A DNA stretch of 64,000 bases, taken from NCBI GenBank assembly GCA_016707175.1, contig JADJIB010000001.1, forward strand, positions 718,791-782,790, in the 5' to 3' direction. Source of the DNA: Candidatus Phosphoribacter hodrii. Its GTDB lineage: Bacteria; Actinomycetota; Actinomycetes; Actinomycetales; Dermatophilaceae. Position 1 is the stretch's first letter. Every line of letters starts with the position of its first letter. The translations under genes and the position numbers were made by a program. The notes beneath the pieces are model-generated. The model saw only the letters and a program-made list of their open reading frames with translations, was not told where the DNA came from and ran no database searches. Below are positions 51,704 through 62,170 of the stretch, piece after piece.

Positions 51704-53084
51704 TCAGGCTGGATCGAGCCGCCCCGCGTCCAACAACCCCGACCAGGTGTCGAGCTTGGTGCGATCGCGACCCAGGGCGGCACCCCGAGCGATCTCGGCA
51801 GCGTCGATGGCCCGCCAGCCATCGAGGCTGATCACCTCGTGGCCCTGCTCGGCCAACGCGGTGAGCAGGTCCGGTCGGTCCGCCCCGGTCACCCACCCCA
51901 CCGGCCGCCCCGCCATCGCCGGCCCGCGCGGCCACCAAGTCGGCCACGAGGTGGCGCACGGTCTGCGACGCATCCGACTTGTTGGTGCCGATGACCCCGG
52001 TCGGGCCGCGCTTGATCCACCCGACGACATACTCCCGAGGCAGCACCTCCCCGTCCGCCCCAACGATCCGCCCCTCGACGTTGGGGATCACCGCGGCACG
52101 CTCGTCGAACGGCACCCCGGCCAGCGCGGTCGACCGATACCCGATCGAGCGCAGCACCAACTCGGTCTCCAGCCGCTGGGTCTCGCCAGTCCCCACGACC
52201 TTGCCCGCCTCGTCCAGCCGGGTCCGCTCGAGCACGAGCGCTTCGACGCGGCCGTCGCCCTCGATGGCAATCGGCTTGCGCCAGAACCAGAAATGCAGCC
52301 GCCGACGCGGGTTCTCGACGACCTTCGCGGCCGCCTCCCGCAGGATCTCGACGTTCGCCTTCGGTCGGCGCTCCAGGTCATCGGGTATGCCGTCGAACGC
52401 GTCCTCGTTGACGCTCACCGCCAGCCCCGGCGTGTGGACGAGCTCGCGCAGCTCGACCGTCGTGAAGGCCGCGTGCTGCGGACCGCGCCGCGCGATGACG
52501 TGGATGTCGTCGGCCTGGTGCCGGTGCAGTTCAGCCAACACCGCCGGGGGCATGTCGGTCACTTCGAGCGAGTCGGCCGTCTTGGCCAGGACCCGGGCGA
52601 CGTCGACCGCGACGTTTCCGACGCCGATCACCGCCGCAGTCCGCACGCCGCCGAGGTCCTGCGCGGGGGCGTCCGGATGCCCGGAATACCAAGCGACGAA
52701 CTCGCGCGCCGACCGGCTGCCCGCCAGGTCCTCCCCCGGGACGCCGAGCTGGGCATCCTCAGCCGCGCCCGCGGCATACACAACGGCGTCGTAGGCCGCG
52801 AGAAGCTGCTCGCGCGAGATGTCTCGACCGAGCTCGACGTTGCCGATGAAGCGGACGCCGCTGCTGTCGAAGGTGCGGGCCAGCGCGTTGGCGACCGACT
52901 TGATGCTCGTGTGGTCAGGCGCAACGCCGTAGCGCAGCAGGCCGTAGGGCGTCGGCAGCCGGTCGATGAGGTCCACCTGCACCGGCAATTCGCTCTGCCC
53001 AACCAGTGATTGGGCAGCGAACAACCCGGACGGGCCGGCTCCCACAATCGCCACCCGGGTGACGTCCCGATCTGCACTGCCCAT
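51704..53084 (-). CDS. fprA: FprA-type NADPH:ferredoxin (adrenodoxin) reductase; apparent frameshift near 51900-51945
   Basis: ATG at 53084 behind GGAGG. VAIVGAGPSGLFAA, TPYGLLRYGVAPDH, GVGNVAVDVARVL. The C-terminus continues in ORF 51704..52063 (...ADRPDLLTALAEQGHEVISLDGWRAID). Confidence 0.75.
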
Positions 53085-53184
53085 CGCGCACCTCCGGTGC
53101 CACGAGCGTCGACGTTGACGGCCCGAGCCTAACGGGCACCGCCGCGAACGTCGCGTGACCGAGGTCCCACCCACGCGCCGGACC

Positions 53185-53208
53185 GAGGTATGCCGCGCGG
53201 CATACCTC
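53185..53208. promoter_or_regulatory. 24-bp perfect palindrome GAGGTATGCCGC/GCGGCATACCTC in the divergent fprA / K+-channel intergenic region
   Basis: Seen directly. Function unknown. Confidence 0.3.
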
Positions 53209-53250
53209 CGCTGCTATCCGGAACGCCCGGGACGCGGTTCAATAGCCAAC

Positions 53251-54315
53251 GTGAGCATCGTCCGCCGCATGTCCCTCGCGATCGGGTCGCTGCTTGTCAT
53301 CACGGTCTATGGCGTCGTGGGTTACATGATCCTCGGCTACAACCTGCTCGACGCGATCTACCAAGCGGTCATGACCCTGACGACTGTGGGCTATGGCGAG
53401 GTCTTGGAAGCGACGCCGGTGCGCAAGGCGTTCTCGACCAGCCTGATGATCCTCGGGGTCGGTATCGCTCTTTACAACCTCACGGTGATGGTCGGGACGG
53501 TCACCGAGGGGGATGTCCGGAAGTACTTCGAAAGGCGTCGGATGGACAAGCGAATCTCGGGCATGAGTGGCCACGTCATCATCTGTGGCCACGGCCGGGT
53601 GGGTCGCTCGGCGCGCGAGCACCTGAAGAACATTGGTTCGCAGGTGGTCGTCGTCGACAACGTCCCCGATCGGGTCATGCACCTTGAGGACCCGCACCTC
53701 ATCGGCGACTGCACGCGCGACGAGGTGCTCCGCGCGGCCGGCATCGACCGTGCCCGCGCCCTCATCGCCACCCTGGAGACCGACGCCGACACCGTCTATC
53801 TCACCCTCTCGGCGCGGGCCCTGCGTCCCGATCTGGTCATCATCGCCCGCGCCCGCACCGTCGACTCCAAGGAGAAGCTCGTCCTCGCCGGGGCGACCCG
53901 AGCCGTCAACCCGCAACTCATCGGCGGTCGCCGCATGGCGGCCTTCGCGCTCAACGCCCATGTCGCGGAGTTCCTCGACGTCGTCATGCACGACGAGGAG
54001 CTCGATTTCCGGATCGAACAAATCCGGATCCCAGTCGACTCGCCGTTGGCTGGCCGCAGCCTCGGCGAGTTGGACCTGGAGCAATCGTCCGGCGCGCGCC
54101 TGCTCGCCCATCGACCAGGCCCGCGTATGCCGTTCGCCCCCCACCCGTCGTCGGACACCGTGCTGGAGCCCGGGTCGGTGTTGATCGCGTTCGGCACGAT
54201 GGCCCAGATCGAGCACCTCATGGATCAGGCCTCTCCCGACCCCGGGACGCTCGGGGCAGGGCCCGCCGCCCCCGGTGGCCCCGTCTCCCCCATCATCGCC
54301 CGCACGTCGGCTTAG
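53251..54315 (+). CDS. Two-TM potassium channel with RCK (TrkA-N/TrkA-C) domains
   Basis: Selectivity filter TLTTVGYGE. RCK fold VIICGHGRVGRS. Start is GTG 53251 or ATG 53269. Confidence 0.85.
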   Translation: MSIVRRMSLAIGSLLVITVYGVVGYMILGYNLLDAIYQAVMTLTTVGYGEVLEATPVRKAFSTSLMILGVGIALYNLTVMVGTVTEGDVRKYFERRRMDKRISGMSGHVIICGHGRVGRSAREHLKNIGSQVVVVDNVPDRVMHLEDPHLIGDCTRDEVLRAAGIDRARALIATLETDADTVYLTLSARALRPDLVIIARARTVDSKEKLVLAGATRAVNPQLIGGRRMAAFALNAHVAEFLDVVMHDEELDFRIEQIRIPVDSPLAGRSLGELDLEQSSGARLLAHRPGPRMPFAPHPSSDTVLEPGSVLIAFGTMAQIEHLMDQASPDPGTLGAGPAAPGGPVSPIIARTSA

Positions 54316-54329
54316 GCAGTCGCGACGAC

Positions 54330-55556
54330 TCAGGCCTCGTCGAGGGGGCGCAGCACCAGGCCGGTGCGCAGTTTGGGTGTGAAGAACGTCGACTTGGGTG
54401 GCATGAGCAGGCCCTCGCGCGCCGTCCGCTCGATCTGCTCGAGGCTGGTCGGGCGGATAAGGATCGCCAGGGCCTGCGGGTCGGCGTGCAGCACATCGAG
54501 CACCTCGGCCACCCCGTGCTGGTAGTCCAGCACCGCCCCTGTCCCGGCCAGCGTGTGCTCCAGCCAGGCGCCGTCGAGCGCCCGCACGTCGTCGAAAGCC
54601 CCCGGCCGCGGCACCAACCAGGTCGCCACCTCCGGTGACTCGATGAGCAACAACCGCCCTGAGCGGTTGAGCTCGGCGAGCAGCGCCGGGCCGGGCTGGG
54701 CGGCGGGGGCGGGCACCAACTCGAAGTCCCTCGCCAACGCCTCCCGCAAGGCTGCCGGGGTCAGGCCCCGGACAATGCGGTGGATGGCGTCGATAGCCAA
54801 CTGATCGGCGACGAGCTCGCCCACGAAGGCCAACGTGGCCCCCGCCCCGGATGCGCTCTCGGGCTCTTTGGCCTCCGCCATCTCATCGCGGTAGCGCCGG
54901 GCCACGCCATAACGGTGGTGACCGTCGGCGATCAACACGTCGTCGGCGCCGATGATCGCCGAGATCGCGGCGATCCGGTCGGGGTCGATAACCCGCTCGA
55001 CGACATGTTCGACGCCGTCGACGACCAGACTCCCCATCGGCTCGGCGGGCTCGGCGAGCGCAGCGGTCAAACCCTGCGCCAGCGACAGCCCCCAGACCGG
55101 CGAGAGGTTGGTGCCAGTGGCCCGGGTGAGATCGAGACGGTCGGTCGACGCCTTGGGCGTGGTCCGCTCATGCGGAAGCACCTGACCGGCCCCCTCAGCG
55201 ACCACCTCCAACCCGCCGAGAACCCCGACCAACTCGCGTCGCTGGCCGGCTTCGTCGACGAAACGCATCCGATAGATCGACAGCGTCGGCACCTCGTCAC
55301 GGACCAGGACGCCGGTCTCCTGCCAGTCGCGCAGCAGGTGCGCGGAGGCGGCATACCGGGTCGAGTCGGTGCCTGCGGGGATGTCCGCGTGGACGATGTT
55401 GTGCGGGTCGCGAGCCCGAAGTGCGGCGACGTCGGCGTCGGACAACACGTCGTAGGGCGGTGCGATGACGGCGTCGAGGTCGATTCCGGGCGCGTAGCGC
55501 AGAGCCCGGAACGGCTCGAACCGAGGCCCGCGAGAAGGGGCAGGTGCGGGCGGCAT
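54330..55556 (-). CDS. DUF1015 domain-containing protein
   Basis: FEPFRALRYAP...VIAPPYDV...LPHERT...ADGHHRY...LMPPKSTFFTPKLRTGLV. Confidence 0.85.
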   Translation of the reverse strand: MPPAPAPSRGPRFEPFRALRYAPGIDLDAVIAPPYDVLSDADVAALRARDPHNIVHADIPAGTDSTRYAASAHLLRDWQETGVLVRDEVPTLSIYRMRFVDEAGQRRELVGVLGGLEVVAEGAGQVLPHERTTPKASTDRLDLTRATGTNLSPVWGLSLAQGLTAALAEPAEPMGSLVVDGVEHVVERVIDPDRIAAISAIIGADDVLIADGHHRYGVARRYRDEMAEAKEPESASGAGATLAFVGELVADQLAIDAIHRIVRGLTPAALREALARDFELVPAPAAQPGPALLAELNRSGRLLLIESPEVATWLVPRPGAFDDVRALDGAWLEHTLAGTGAVLDYQHGVAEVLDVLHADPQALAILIRPTSLEQIERTAREGLLMPPKSTFFTPKLRTGLVLRPLDEA

Positions 55557-55803
55557 ACCTGGAAGTCTAGGCAACGAGTGAGCCTGCCTCCGTGAGCAGT
55601 TCGAGATGCGGAACCGCAGACTGTGGGCAACAATGCTCATGTATGCCGCGTGTCGGCGAACGGTGGCGCTCCCCCTCGTGTCCATCGCTCGGGCCATGCC
55701 CCTGGCCTCACCGCACGCGGCATACCCATGCCCTCGGGTCGTGGGAGACTCGGGACGGGCTCCGACCCGGGGCCGCCGGACCAGGGAGGCGCGCGGTAGC
55801 CGC

Positions 55804-57843
55804 ATGAACTTCTTCTCCATCTATGACCACGGCTTCGCGCGGGTCGCTGCCTGCACGGTCCCGGTGCGTCTCGTCGACCCGGCCGCCAATGTCGCCGCCA
55901 CGTTGGCCGTGGCGCGCGAGTGCCACGACGAGGGCGTTGCCGTCGCGGTGTTCCCGGAGTTGGGACTGACCGGCTACTCGCTGGACGACCTCGTGCTGGC
56001 CGACCCACTGCTCGACGCAGTCGAGGTCGCGCTCGAGGAGTTGGTGCGAGCATCGGCCCAGTTGTTGCCGGTGTTGGTCGTCGGGGCGCCCTTGCGCGCA
56101 CGAGGGCGGGTCTATAACTGCGCGGTCGTCGTGCACCGGGGGCGGGTGCTCGGGGTGGCGCCGAAGTCTTACCTGCCGACCTATCGCGAGTTCTATGAGT
56201 CGCGGACCATCGCGGCCGGCGACGACGTGCGCGGGACCATTCGGGTCGGCGAGGACAACGTGCCGTTTGGGCCGGATCTGCTCTTCCGGGCCGTCGATGT
56301 GCCTGACCTCGTCGTCCACGTCGAGGTCTGCGAGGACATGTGGGTCCCGATCCCACCGTCGGCCGAGGCCGCGCTGGCCGGAGCCACGGTGCTCGTCAAC
56401 GTGTCGGGGTCGCCGATCACGGTCGCCAAGGCGCGCGACCGCGCGATGCTCGCCGAGTCGGCCTCCTCACGCTGCCTCGCGGCATACCTGTATGCCGCTG
56501 CCGGAGAAGGCGAGTCGAGCACCGACCTCTCGTGGGACGGCCAGACCATGGTCTGGGAGAACGGGTCGCTGCTGGCCGAGGGCGAGCGCTTCCCGTCGGG
56601 GCCACGACGGTCGGTCGCCGACGTGCACCTGGCGAGGCTGCGGCAGGAGCGGATGCGTCAGGGGACGTTCGACGACAACCGGCGCACTCACGCGGCGCGG
56701 GTCGGGGCGTTCCGCGAGGTGACCTTCCGGTTGGATCCGCCGCGGGGCGATCTCGGGCTGCGTCGGGCAGTCGACCGCTATCCGTTCGTGCCGGACGACG
56801 CGGCCCGGTTGGCGCAGGACTGTTTCGAGGCGTATTCGATCCAGGTGTCGGGGCTAGAGCAGCGGCTGCGCTCGATCGGCCGACCGACGGTGGTCATCGG
56901 GGTGTCGGGTGGGCTCGACTCGACCCACGCGCTGATCGTCGCGTGCCGGGCGATGGACCGGTTGGGGCGGCCCCGCTCGGACGTGCTGGCCTTCACCATG
57001 CCGGGGTTCGCGACCTCGGATCACACGAAGGGCAACGCGATCCGGCTGATGGAGTCGCTCGGGGTCACCTGGGAGGAGCTCGACATCCGGCCGGCGGCCA
57101 CCCAGTTGCTCCGCGACCTCGGGCACCCGGTGGGGCGCGGCGAGGAGGTCTATGACGTCACCTTCGAGAACGTCCAGGCCGGCCTGCGCACCGACTATTT
57201 GTTCCGAATCGCCAACCAGCGCAAGGGGATCGTGCTCGGCACGGGCGACCTGTCCGAGCTCGCCCTGGGCTGGTGCACCTATGGCGTCGGCGATCAGATG
57301 TCGCACTACGGGGTCAACACGGGGGTGCCCAAGACGCTCATCCAGCACCTCATCCGGTGGGTCATCGCCTCGGGCCAGTTCAGCGACGAGGTGGGGGCGA
57401 CCCTGCGTTCGATCCTCGACACGACGATCAGCCCCGAGTTGGTGCCGACCCGTGAGGGTGAGGCGGCCCAGTCGACCGAGGCCATGATCGGGCCGTATGC
57501 CCTGCAGGATTTCACGCTGTATTACGTCCTGCGCCACGGCTTGCGACCGTCGACGATCGCCTTCCTGGCCTGGCATGCCTGGCACGACACGGCGAGCGGG
57601 CAGTGGCCGGAAGGTTTCCCCGAAGGTGCGCGCACGGCATACACCCTGGGGGAGATCCGGCACTGGCTGGAGGTCTTCCTCACCCGGTTCTTCGCCAACC
57701 AGTTCAAGCGCTCGGCGCTGCCCAACGGCCCGAAGGTGGTCCGCGGCGGTTCGCTGTCGCCCCGAGGCGATTGGCGTATGCCGTCCGACGCGTCCGCGAA
57801 GGTCTGGCTCGACGAGTTGCACAGCACCGTCCCCGAAGCCTGA
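55804..57843 (+). CDS. nadE: Glutamine-dependent NAD+ synthetase
   Basis: 679 aa. CN-hydrolase domain (VFPELGLTGY, CEDMW) and synthetase domain (GVSGGLDSTHAL). CLAAYLYAAAGEGESSTDLSWDGQTMVWENG is close to mycobacterial NadE. Confidence 0.95.
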   Translation: MNFFSIYDHGFARVAACTVPVRLVDPAANVAATLAVARECHDEGVAVAVFPELGLTGYSLDDLVLADPLLDAVEVALEELVRASAQLLPVLVVGAPLRARGRVYNCAVVVHRGRVLGVAPKSYLPTYREFYESRTIAAGDDVRGTIRVGEDNVPFGPDLLFRAVDVPDLVVHVEVCEDMWVPIPPSAEAALAGATVLVNVSGSPITVAKARDRAMLAESASSRCLAAYLYAAAGEGESSTDLSWDGQTMVWENGSLLAEGERFPSGPRRSVADVHLARLRQERMRQGTFDDNRRTHAARVGAFREVTFRLDPPRGDLGLRRAVDRYPFVPDDAARLAQDCFEAYSIQVSGLEQRLRSIGRPTVVIGVSGGLDSTHALIVACRAMDRLGRPRSDVLAFTMPGFATSDHTKGNAIRLMESLGVTWEELDIRPAATQLLRDLGHPVGRGEEVYDVTFENVQAGLRTDYLFRIANQRKGIVLGTGDLSELALGWCTYGVGDQMSHYGVNTGVPKTLIQHLIRWVIASGQFSDEVGATLRSILDTTISPELVPTREGEAAQSTEAMIGPYALQDFTLYYVLRHGLRPSTIAFLAWHAWHDTASGQWPEGFPEGARTAYTLGEIRHWLEVFLTRFFANQFKRSALPNGPKVVRGGSLSPRGDWRMPSDASAKVWLDELHSTVPEA

Positions 57844-57855
57844 CCCGTCCGCCAA

Positions 57856-57978
57856 TCCCGCTCCCCCTCCCCGCTCCCCCTCCCCGCTCCCCAAATTCCA
57901 CACACTCGCCGGCAAGTTCGGCCCACCCCGGCTCCAGCGACCCCGAATTCCCCACACCCGCCGATGATCTCGGGGACC
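57856..57978 (+). repeat. 13-bp tandem repeat (CCCCGCTCCCCCT x2.7) followed by two copies of the CACAC(C/T)CGCCG hairpin repeat
   Basis: Cores at 57901-57911 and 57953-57963. Confidence 0.8.
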
Positions 57979-57986
57979 GGCGTGCG

Positions 57987-58622
57987 TCAGGCCGGGCGGA
58001 CGGGTTGGCGCAGGACGGTCTTGAGCTTCTCCGGTGCCGTACGACGCGGGTCACCGACGTAGATCTCGTGGTGTGGCCCGTTGAACGCCAGCCCGTGTTC
58101 AGGCATGAAGCGGTCGTGCAGATCGGCCAGCGTGGGGCCCTCGTCGTCATAGGAACCGATGTGCAACACCTGAGCGCAGCGGCCCCCGTTGAGGGTGACC
58201 AGCGTCAGCTTCGACAGCGCTGTGCTGCCCAAGCCGGCCCCTTTGACGGCCTGCTTGGCGGCAACCTTGGCCACCGCTGCCTCCAGGGTCACCTCGTCGA
58301 CCCACGGCGGCTGGACGATGAGCATCCGCCAACTCCAGGCGCCCTCGTCGGGTTCGATGAAACTGCGGGGATCCTCTGCCCACCACAGACCCTCGAGTGG
58401 CCCGACGACCATCTCGCGTCCCTGTGCCTTGGCCGCGAACTTGATCGTGTAGGCGACCGAGAAGAGGGCACTGACCGCTTCGACATAGTCGGGTGACATG
58501 TTCGGGTCACCGGCTCCGTCCACCGCGATCGCCAGCATGGGGGGAACATCGAGCACTTCCCAGGTGCGCGATCTGGGGGCATAGAGCGACGGATAGTCCT
58601 TCTTGAGCTCGAACCTGTCCAT
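57987..58622 (-). CDS. GyrI-like (SOUL/AraC effector-binding fold) domain protein
   Basis: Start MDRFELKKDYPSLYAP at 58622. VLHIGSYDDEGPTLADLH...HHEIYVGDPRRT. Confidence 0.8.
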   Translation of the reverse strand: MDRFELKKDYPSLYAPRSRTWEVLDVPPMLAIAVDGAGDPNMSPDYVEAVSALFSVAYTIKFAAKAQGREMVVGPLEGLWWAEDPRSFIEPDEGAWSWRMLIVQPPWVDEVTLEAAVAKVAAKQAVKGAGLGSTALSKLTLVTLNGGRCAQVLHIGSYDDEGPTLADLHDRFMPEHGLAFNGPHHEIYVGDPRRTAPEKLKTVLRQPVRPA

Positions 58623-58809
58623 GGCCCCCGTCCCTCGATCCCGCGTCGGTGCTCGCAGGCGCACCCCGGTCGGTTCCCGCGGTCGCTAGCGGAAGGGTAG
58701 AGCGTGACACCGTGTCAGAGTTTGTTGACTGATCGTTCTTGACTGATCGGCCTGGTCCGGGCGGCAGGCCTTCAGGCGAGTCTACCGGTGTGCGGGATGG
58801 GGTCTCGGC

Positions 58810-59283
58810 TTGGGGGCTGTTCGAGGTCCGGCGCCTTTCCTCCCTCGGGGCCCAGGCCTGCGAGGCCTCGGCGTCCCAGGAGTCAAGTGGGCAGGCACCT
58901 TCACGCTCGATGGCGAGCGTCACTTCTGGAACGTCACCGGGTCGGCCGCCACCATCGTCGTGCAGTTGGCCGACGAGCACTACGACCGCCTCTACCTCAC
59001 CGTCGCCGACCCCAGCGCCACCGTGGACGCCATCAACGCCGCCATCGCCACCCCCGACGGATCAACGGCGACCCGCCACCCCACACACCAGGGGGCCAGG
59101 CAGCAGCGACCTCAACCCCGGCCGAGGCCAGGCACCTACGCGAGCGGGTTCCACCGAACCGACAGCACGAGCGCGCCCGCCACGACGAGCGCCGCCAGGA
59201 TCGCCAGGTATGCCGTGACCTCCAGGTCCTCACGCTGCAGCACGACCTCGCGCGGGATCCCTCGCAGGACCTCGCCGAGCTGA
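58810..59283 (+). CDS. Orphan ORF; only the segment WAGTFTLDGERHFWNVTGSAATIVVQLADEHYDRLYLTVADPSATVDAINAA looks protein-like; start and stop unresolved
   Basis: ORF track. TTG start. The 3' 150 nt overlap the convergent VWA gene, so the true end is probably earlier or lost through an indel. Confidence 0.2.
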   Translation: MGAVRGPAPFLPRGPGLRGLGVPGVKWAGTFTLDGERHFWNVTGSAATIVVQLADEHYDRLYLTVADPSATVDAINAAIATPDGSTATRHPTHQGARQQRPQPRPRPGTYASGFHRTDSTSAPATTSAARIARYAVTSRSSRCSTTSRGIPRRTSPS

Positions 59284-60281
59284 GCGGCATCGCTCGCCTG
59301 GTGGTAGGCCCCGCCGGTGGTGGCCGCGACGGCCTTCAGGGTGGGCTCATCGACGACCAGGAAGTTGCGCCCTCCGCCAAACCCACCGCCCGGGGCCTGT
59401 CCACCCGGGGCCTGTCCGACCTGCCCGCCGGATCGCGGCCCAAACTCACCGAAAGCGTCCCCGCCCAACTGCTCGGCGGTGCACACCATCTGGGTCGGAT
59501 TCGTCGTGCCGAAACCGATGGGATAGACCCGGATCCGGCGCTCGGCCGCGAGTTTGGCCGCCGCCACCGGCAGCACCCCACGCGTGTTGGCACCGTCGGT
59601 GAGCAGCACGACGATGTCCGACACGAAGCCGCCAGTCGCTCCAGGCGGCGGGTCGATCGAACTCGGCACCGGCGCCGGGACGCCCGGCTGCTGCATGGTG
59701 TCGGGCCCGAGCGGCACCTCGCCGATCGGTTGCACCTGGGAGTTGATCGCGGCGATCGCATCGACCGACGTGAGGATGGCCGACCCGATCGCCGTCCCGC
59801 GCCCGGTGCTCAGCCCGTCGAGCGACGTCAGCACCGCCGCCGAGTCGGTCGTCGGCGGCACGACGAGTGCAGCCGATCCCGAGAACGCGACCAGCCCGAA
59901 CCGAGTGTCCCTCGGCTGGGTCTCGACGAACTCCTGGACGGCCGTCCGCGCGGCCGAAAGCCGGTTGGGCGCGACGTCGGTGGCACACATCGAGCGCGAC
60001 ACGTCCAGCGCGAGGATGATCGTCGAGCGCTGGATCGGGACCTCGACCGAGGCCTGCGGCCGGGCGACTGCCAGCCCCAACAGCCCGACGCCCAGCACGA
60101 GCAGCGCAACCGGCAGATGCGGACGCCAGCGGGAACGCGCGGGCAGCGCGGCACGCACGAGCGCGAGATCCGGATGCCGGACGGCATACCTGCGCCTCCG
60201 TCGCAACGACCAGAGGTATGCCGCGAGCAGCGCCGGAGCGAGCAGCACCGCGAGCAGGGCGTAGGGCCACGCGAACGACAC
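59136..60281 (-). CDS. VWA domain-containing membrane protein (BatB-like)
   Basis: N-terminal TM pair. MIDAS LDVSRSM. C-terminal TM. Confidence 0.85.
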   Translation of the reverse strand: MSFAWPYALLAVLLAPALLAAYLWSLRRRRRYAVRHPDLALVRAALPARSRWRPHLPVALLVLGVGLLGLAVARPQASVEVPIQRSTIILALDVSRSMCATDVAPNRLSAARTAVQEFVETQPRDTRFGLVAFSGSAALVVPPTTDSAAVLTSLDGLSTGRGTAIGSAILTSVDAIAAINSQVQPIGEVPLGPDTMQQPGVPAPVPSSIDPPPGATGGFVSDIVVLLTDGANTRGVLPVAAAKLAAERRIRVYPIGFGTTNPTQMVCTAEQLGGDAFGEFGPRSGGQVGQAPGGQAPGGGFGGGRNFLVVDEPTLKAVAATTGGAYHQASDAAQLGEVLRGIPREVVLQREDLEVTAYLAILAALVVAGALVLSVRWNPLA

Positions 60282-61274
60282 TCAGATCACCCGCCCGGTC
60301 CGCAGGATCGACGTGCTGGCGGCGGCGACCAGGATGAGCAGGGCGGCCGCCGCGAACAGCGCCGAGATCTCGATGTGCACGGGGGTGCTGGTCATCGCGA
60401 GGTCGATCGAGCCGTAGACATCGGCGAGGGACGCCTCGTCGGGTGCCGCCCGATAGCGCCCACCCGTCGCGTCGGCGATCGCCGTCAGCGTCGCCTCGTC
60501 CAACTGCGTCGCCGCCGTGAAGCCGTTGACGGTCACCGTCGTCCCGGCCGGGTCGCCCAGCCCGACGGTGTTGATCTTGACACCCGCGACACCGGCGAGC
60601 TCGGCCAACGCCAGGGGGTCCAGGCGCGAGGTGTCCTCACCGTCGGACAGCAGGACGATGGCCGATGACCCGAAGTACCCGATGTCGAGGCTCTCGATGT
60701 CCCCCGCCAACTGCTCTTCGGTGATCGCGAGCTTCCCTCCAGCAATTGCCTTGAGCGACGCGAAGATTCCCTGCCCCAACGACGTGCCCCCTTGGGGCGT
60801 CAACCGATCGATGGCCGCCACGGCCTCGGCCTGCACGAGCGTCGGAGCCTGCAGGACCACCGCGCTGTCCCCGAAGGACACGACCCCGATCCGGATCGTG
60901 CTCGGCTGCCGCGCAACGAAGGCCTTCGCCGCCGCCTTGGCCGCTGCCATCCGGGTCGGCGCCACGTCGGTGGCCGTCATGCTCGTCGAGGCGTCGATCG
61001 CGAGGATCACCGTCCCCTCGCGGCGCAGGTCGGGCACGGTGGCCTGCGGACGCGCGGCGGCGAGCACCAACAGCCCCAGCGTCAGACCCAGCGCGGTCGG
61101 GACGACCCAACCTCGTCGACGACGACCCCCGGCCAACACCGGAGCGAACCCGAGTGCCGCGAGCTCGGCGCGCCGGGCCGCTCGGCGGGCTCGCACGATT
61201 CGGTATGCCGCGGCGAGACCGGGCACGAGAAGGAGCCCGAGCAGCGCCCAGGGGGAAGCGAACGTCACTGGCAT
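60282..61274 (-). CDS. VWA domain-containing membrane protein (BatA-like)
   Basis: Start MPVTFASPWALLGLLL at 61274. MIDAS IDASTSM. Confidence 0.85.
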   Translation of the reverse strand: MPVTFASPWALLGLLLVPGLAAAYRIVRARRAARRAELAALGFAPVLAGGRRRRGWVVPTALGLTLGLLVLAAARPQATVPDLRREGTVILAIDASTSMTATDVAPTRMAAAKAAAKAFVARQPSTIRIGVVSFGDSAVVLQAPTLVQAEAVAAIDRLTPQGGTSLGQGIFASLKAIAGGKLAITEEQLAGDIESLDIGYFGSSAIVLLSDGEDTSRLDPLALAELAGVAGVKINTVGLGDPAGTTVTVNGFTAATQLDEATLTAIADATGGRYRAAPDEASLADVYGSIDLAMTSTPVHIEISALFAAAALLILVAAASTSILRTGRVI

Positions 61275-62170
61275 CAGCGCCGCCACTTGCTGCGCAGACG
61301 GGCCATCCGCAGCAACGCCCCGACGAGATCCTCGTCGGTCGACACGGGGTGCAGCGCGATCCCGGCATGAGCGGCGACCGCCTCCAGTTGGCGCTGCCGC
61401 GCCTGCGCCAACTCCCATAGCCGAGAACGGAACTCAACGTCACCGGTGTCGACGAGGACATGCTCCCCGGTCTCGGGGTCGGTGAGCGCGATGAGCCCGG
61501 CCTCCGGCAGGTCATGCTCCCGCGGGTCGACCAACTGGATGGCCACGACGTCATGCCGGCGGGCGAGCAGTCCCAACGGCCGCTCCCACCCCGGCGTCGT
61601 CACGAAGTCCGACACGATGACGATCAGGGAGCGCTGCCGGGCCATGCCCAACGCCGCCCGCAGCAACCCGCCCAGGTCGGTCGGGTGCCCCGCAGTCGGG
61701 GCGTCGGCGAGCAACTCGCGGGCGATCCGCAGCACCTGATCCCGCCCCTGCCGCGGCGGCACCGTGCGATCGACCCCGTCGCCATAGAGGACGGCACCCA
61801 CCCGGTTGCCTCCGCGCGCGAGAACCAGTGCGAGAGTGGTCGCCAGCTCAAGCAGCACCACATGCTTGGGCCGATCGGTCGGCCCGAAGGCCATGGACGC
61901 CGACCGGTCGAGCAACAGCCAGGCGGTCAGCTCACGATCCTCGGTGTATTCGCGGACGAACGGCACGTCGGTGCGCGCGGTGACGTTCCAGTCGATGTGG
62001 CGCAGGTCGTCGCCCGGCTCGTATTCGCGCAGATCGCGGAAGTCGACCCCGGTGCCACGGAAGATGGTCCGGTAGTCGCCCTGCAACCGCCCGTCGAGCC
62101 GCCGCACCACCGTCCACTCCAGCCGGCGCAGCAGCCGCTCGGGGGCGGCTACTCCGGTCGTCGGTACCAT
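61274..62170 (-). CDS. DUF58 domain-containing protein
   Basis: G..FRDLREYEPGDDLRHIDWNVTAR, the hallmark of DUF58. It sits between the MoxR and VWA genes. Confidence 0.85.
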   Translation of the reverse strand: MVPTTGVAAPERLLRRLEWTVVRRLDGRLQGDYRTIFRGTGVDFRDLREYEPGDDLRHIDWNVTARTDVPFVREYTEDRELTAWLLLDRSASMAFGPTDRPKHVVLLELATTLALVLARGGNRVGAVLYGDGVDRTVPPRQGRDQVLRIARELLADAPTAGHPTDLGGLLRAALGMARQRSLIVIVSDFVTTPGWERPLGLLARRHDVVAIQLVDPREHDLPEAGLIALTDPETGEHVLVDTGDVEFRSRLWELAQARQRQLEAVAAHAGIALHPVSTDEDLVGALLRMARLRSKWRR

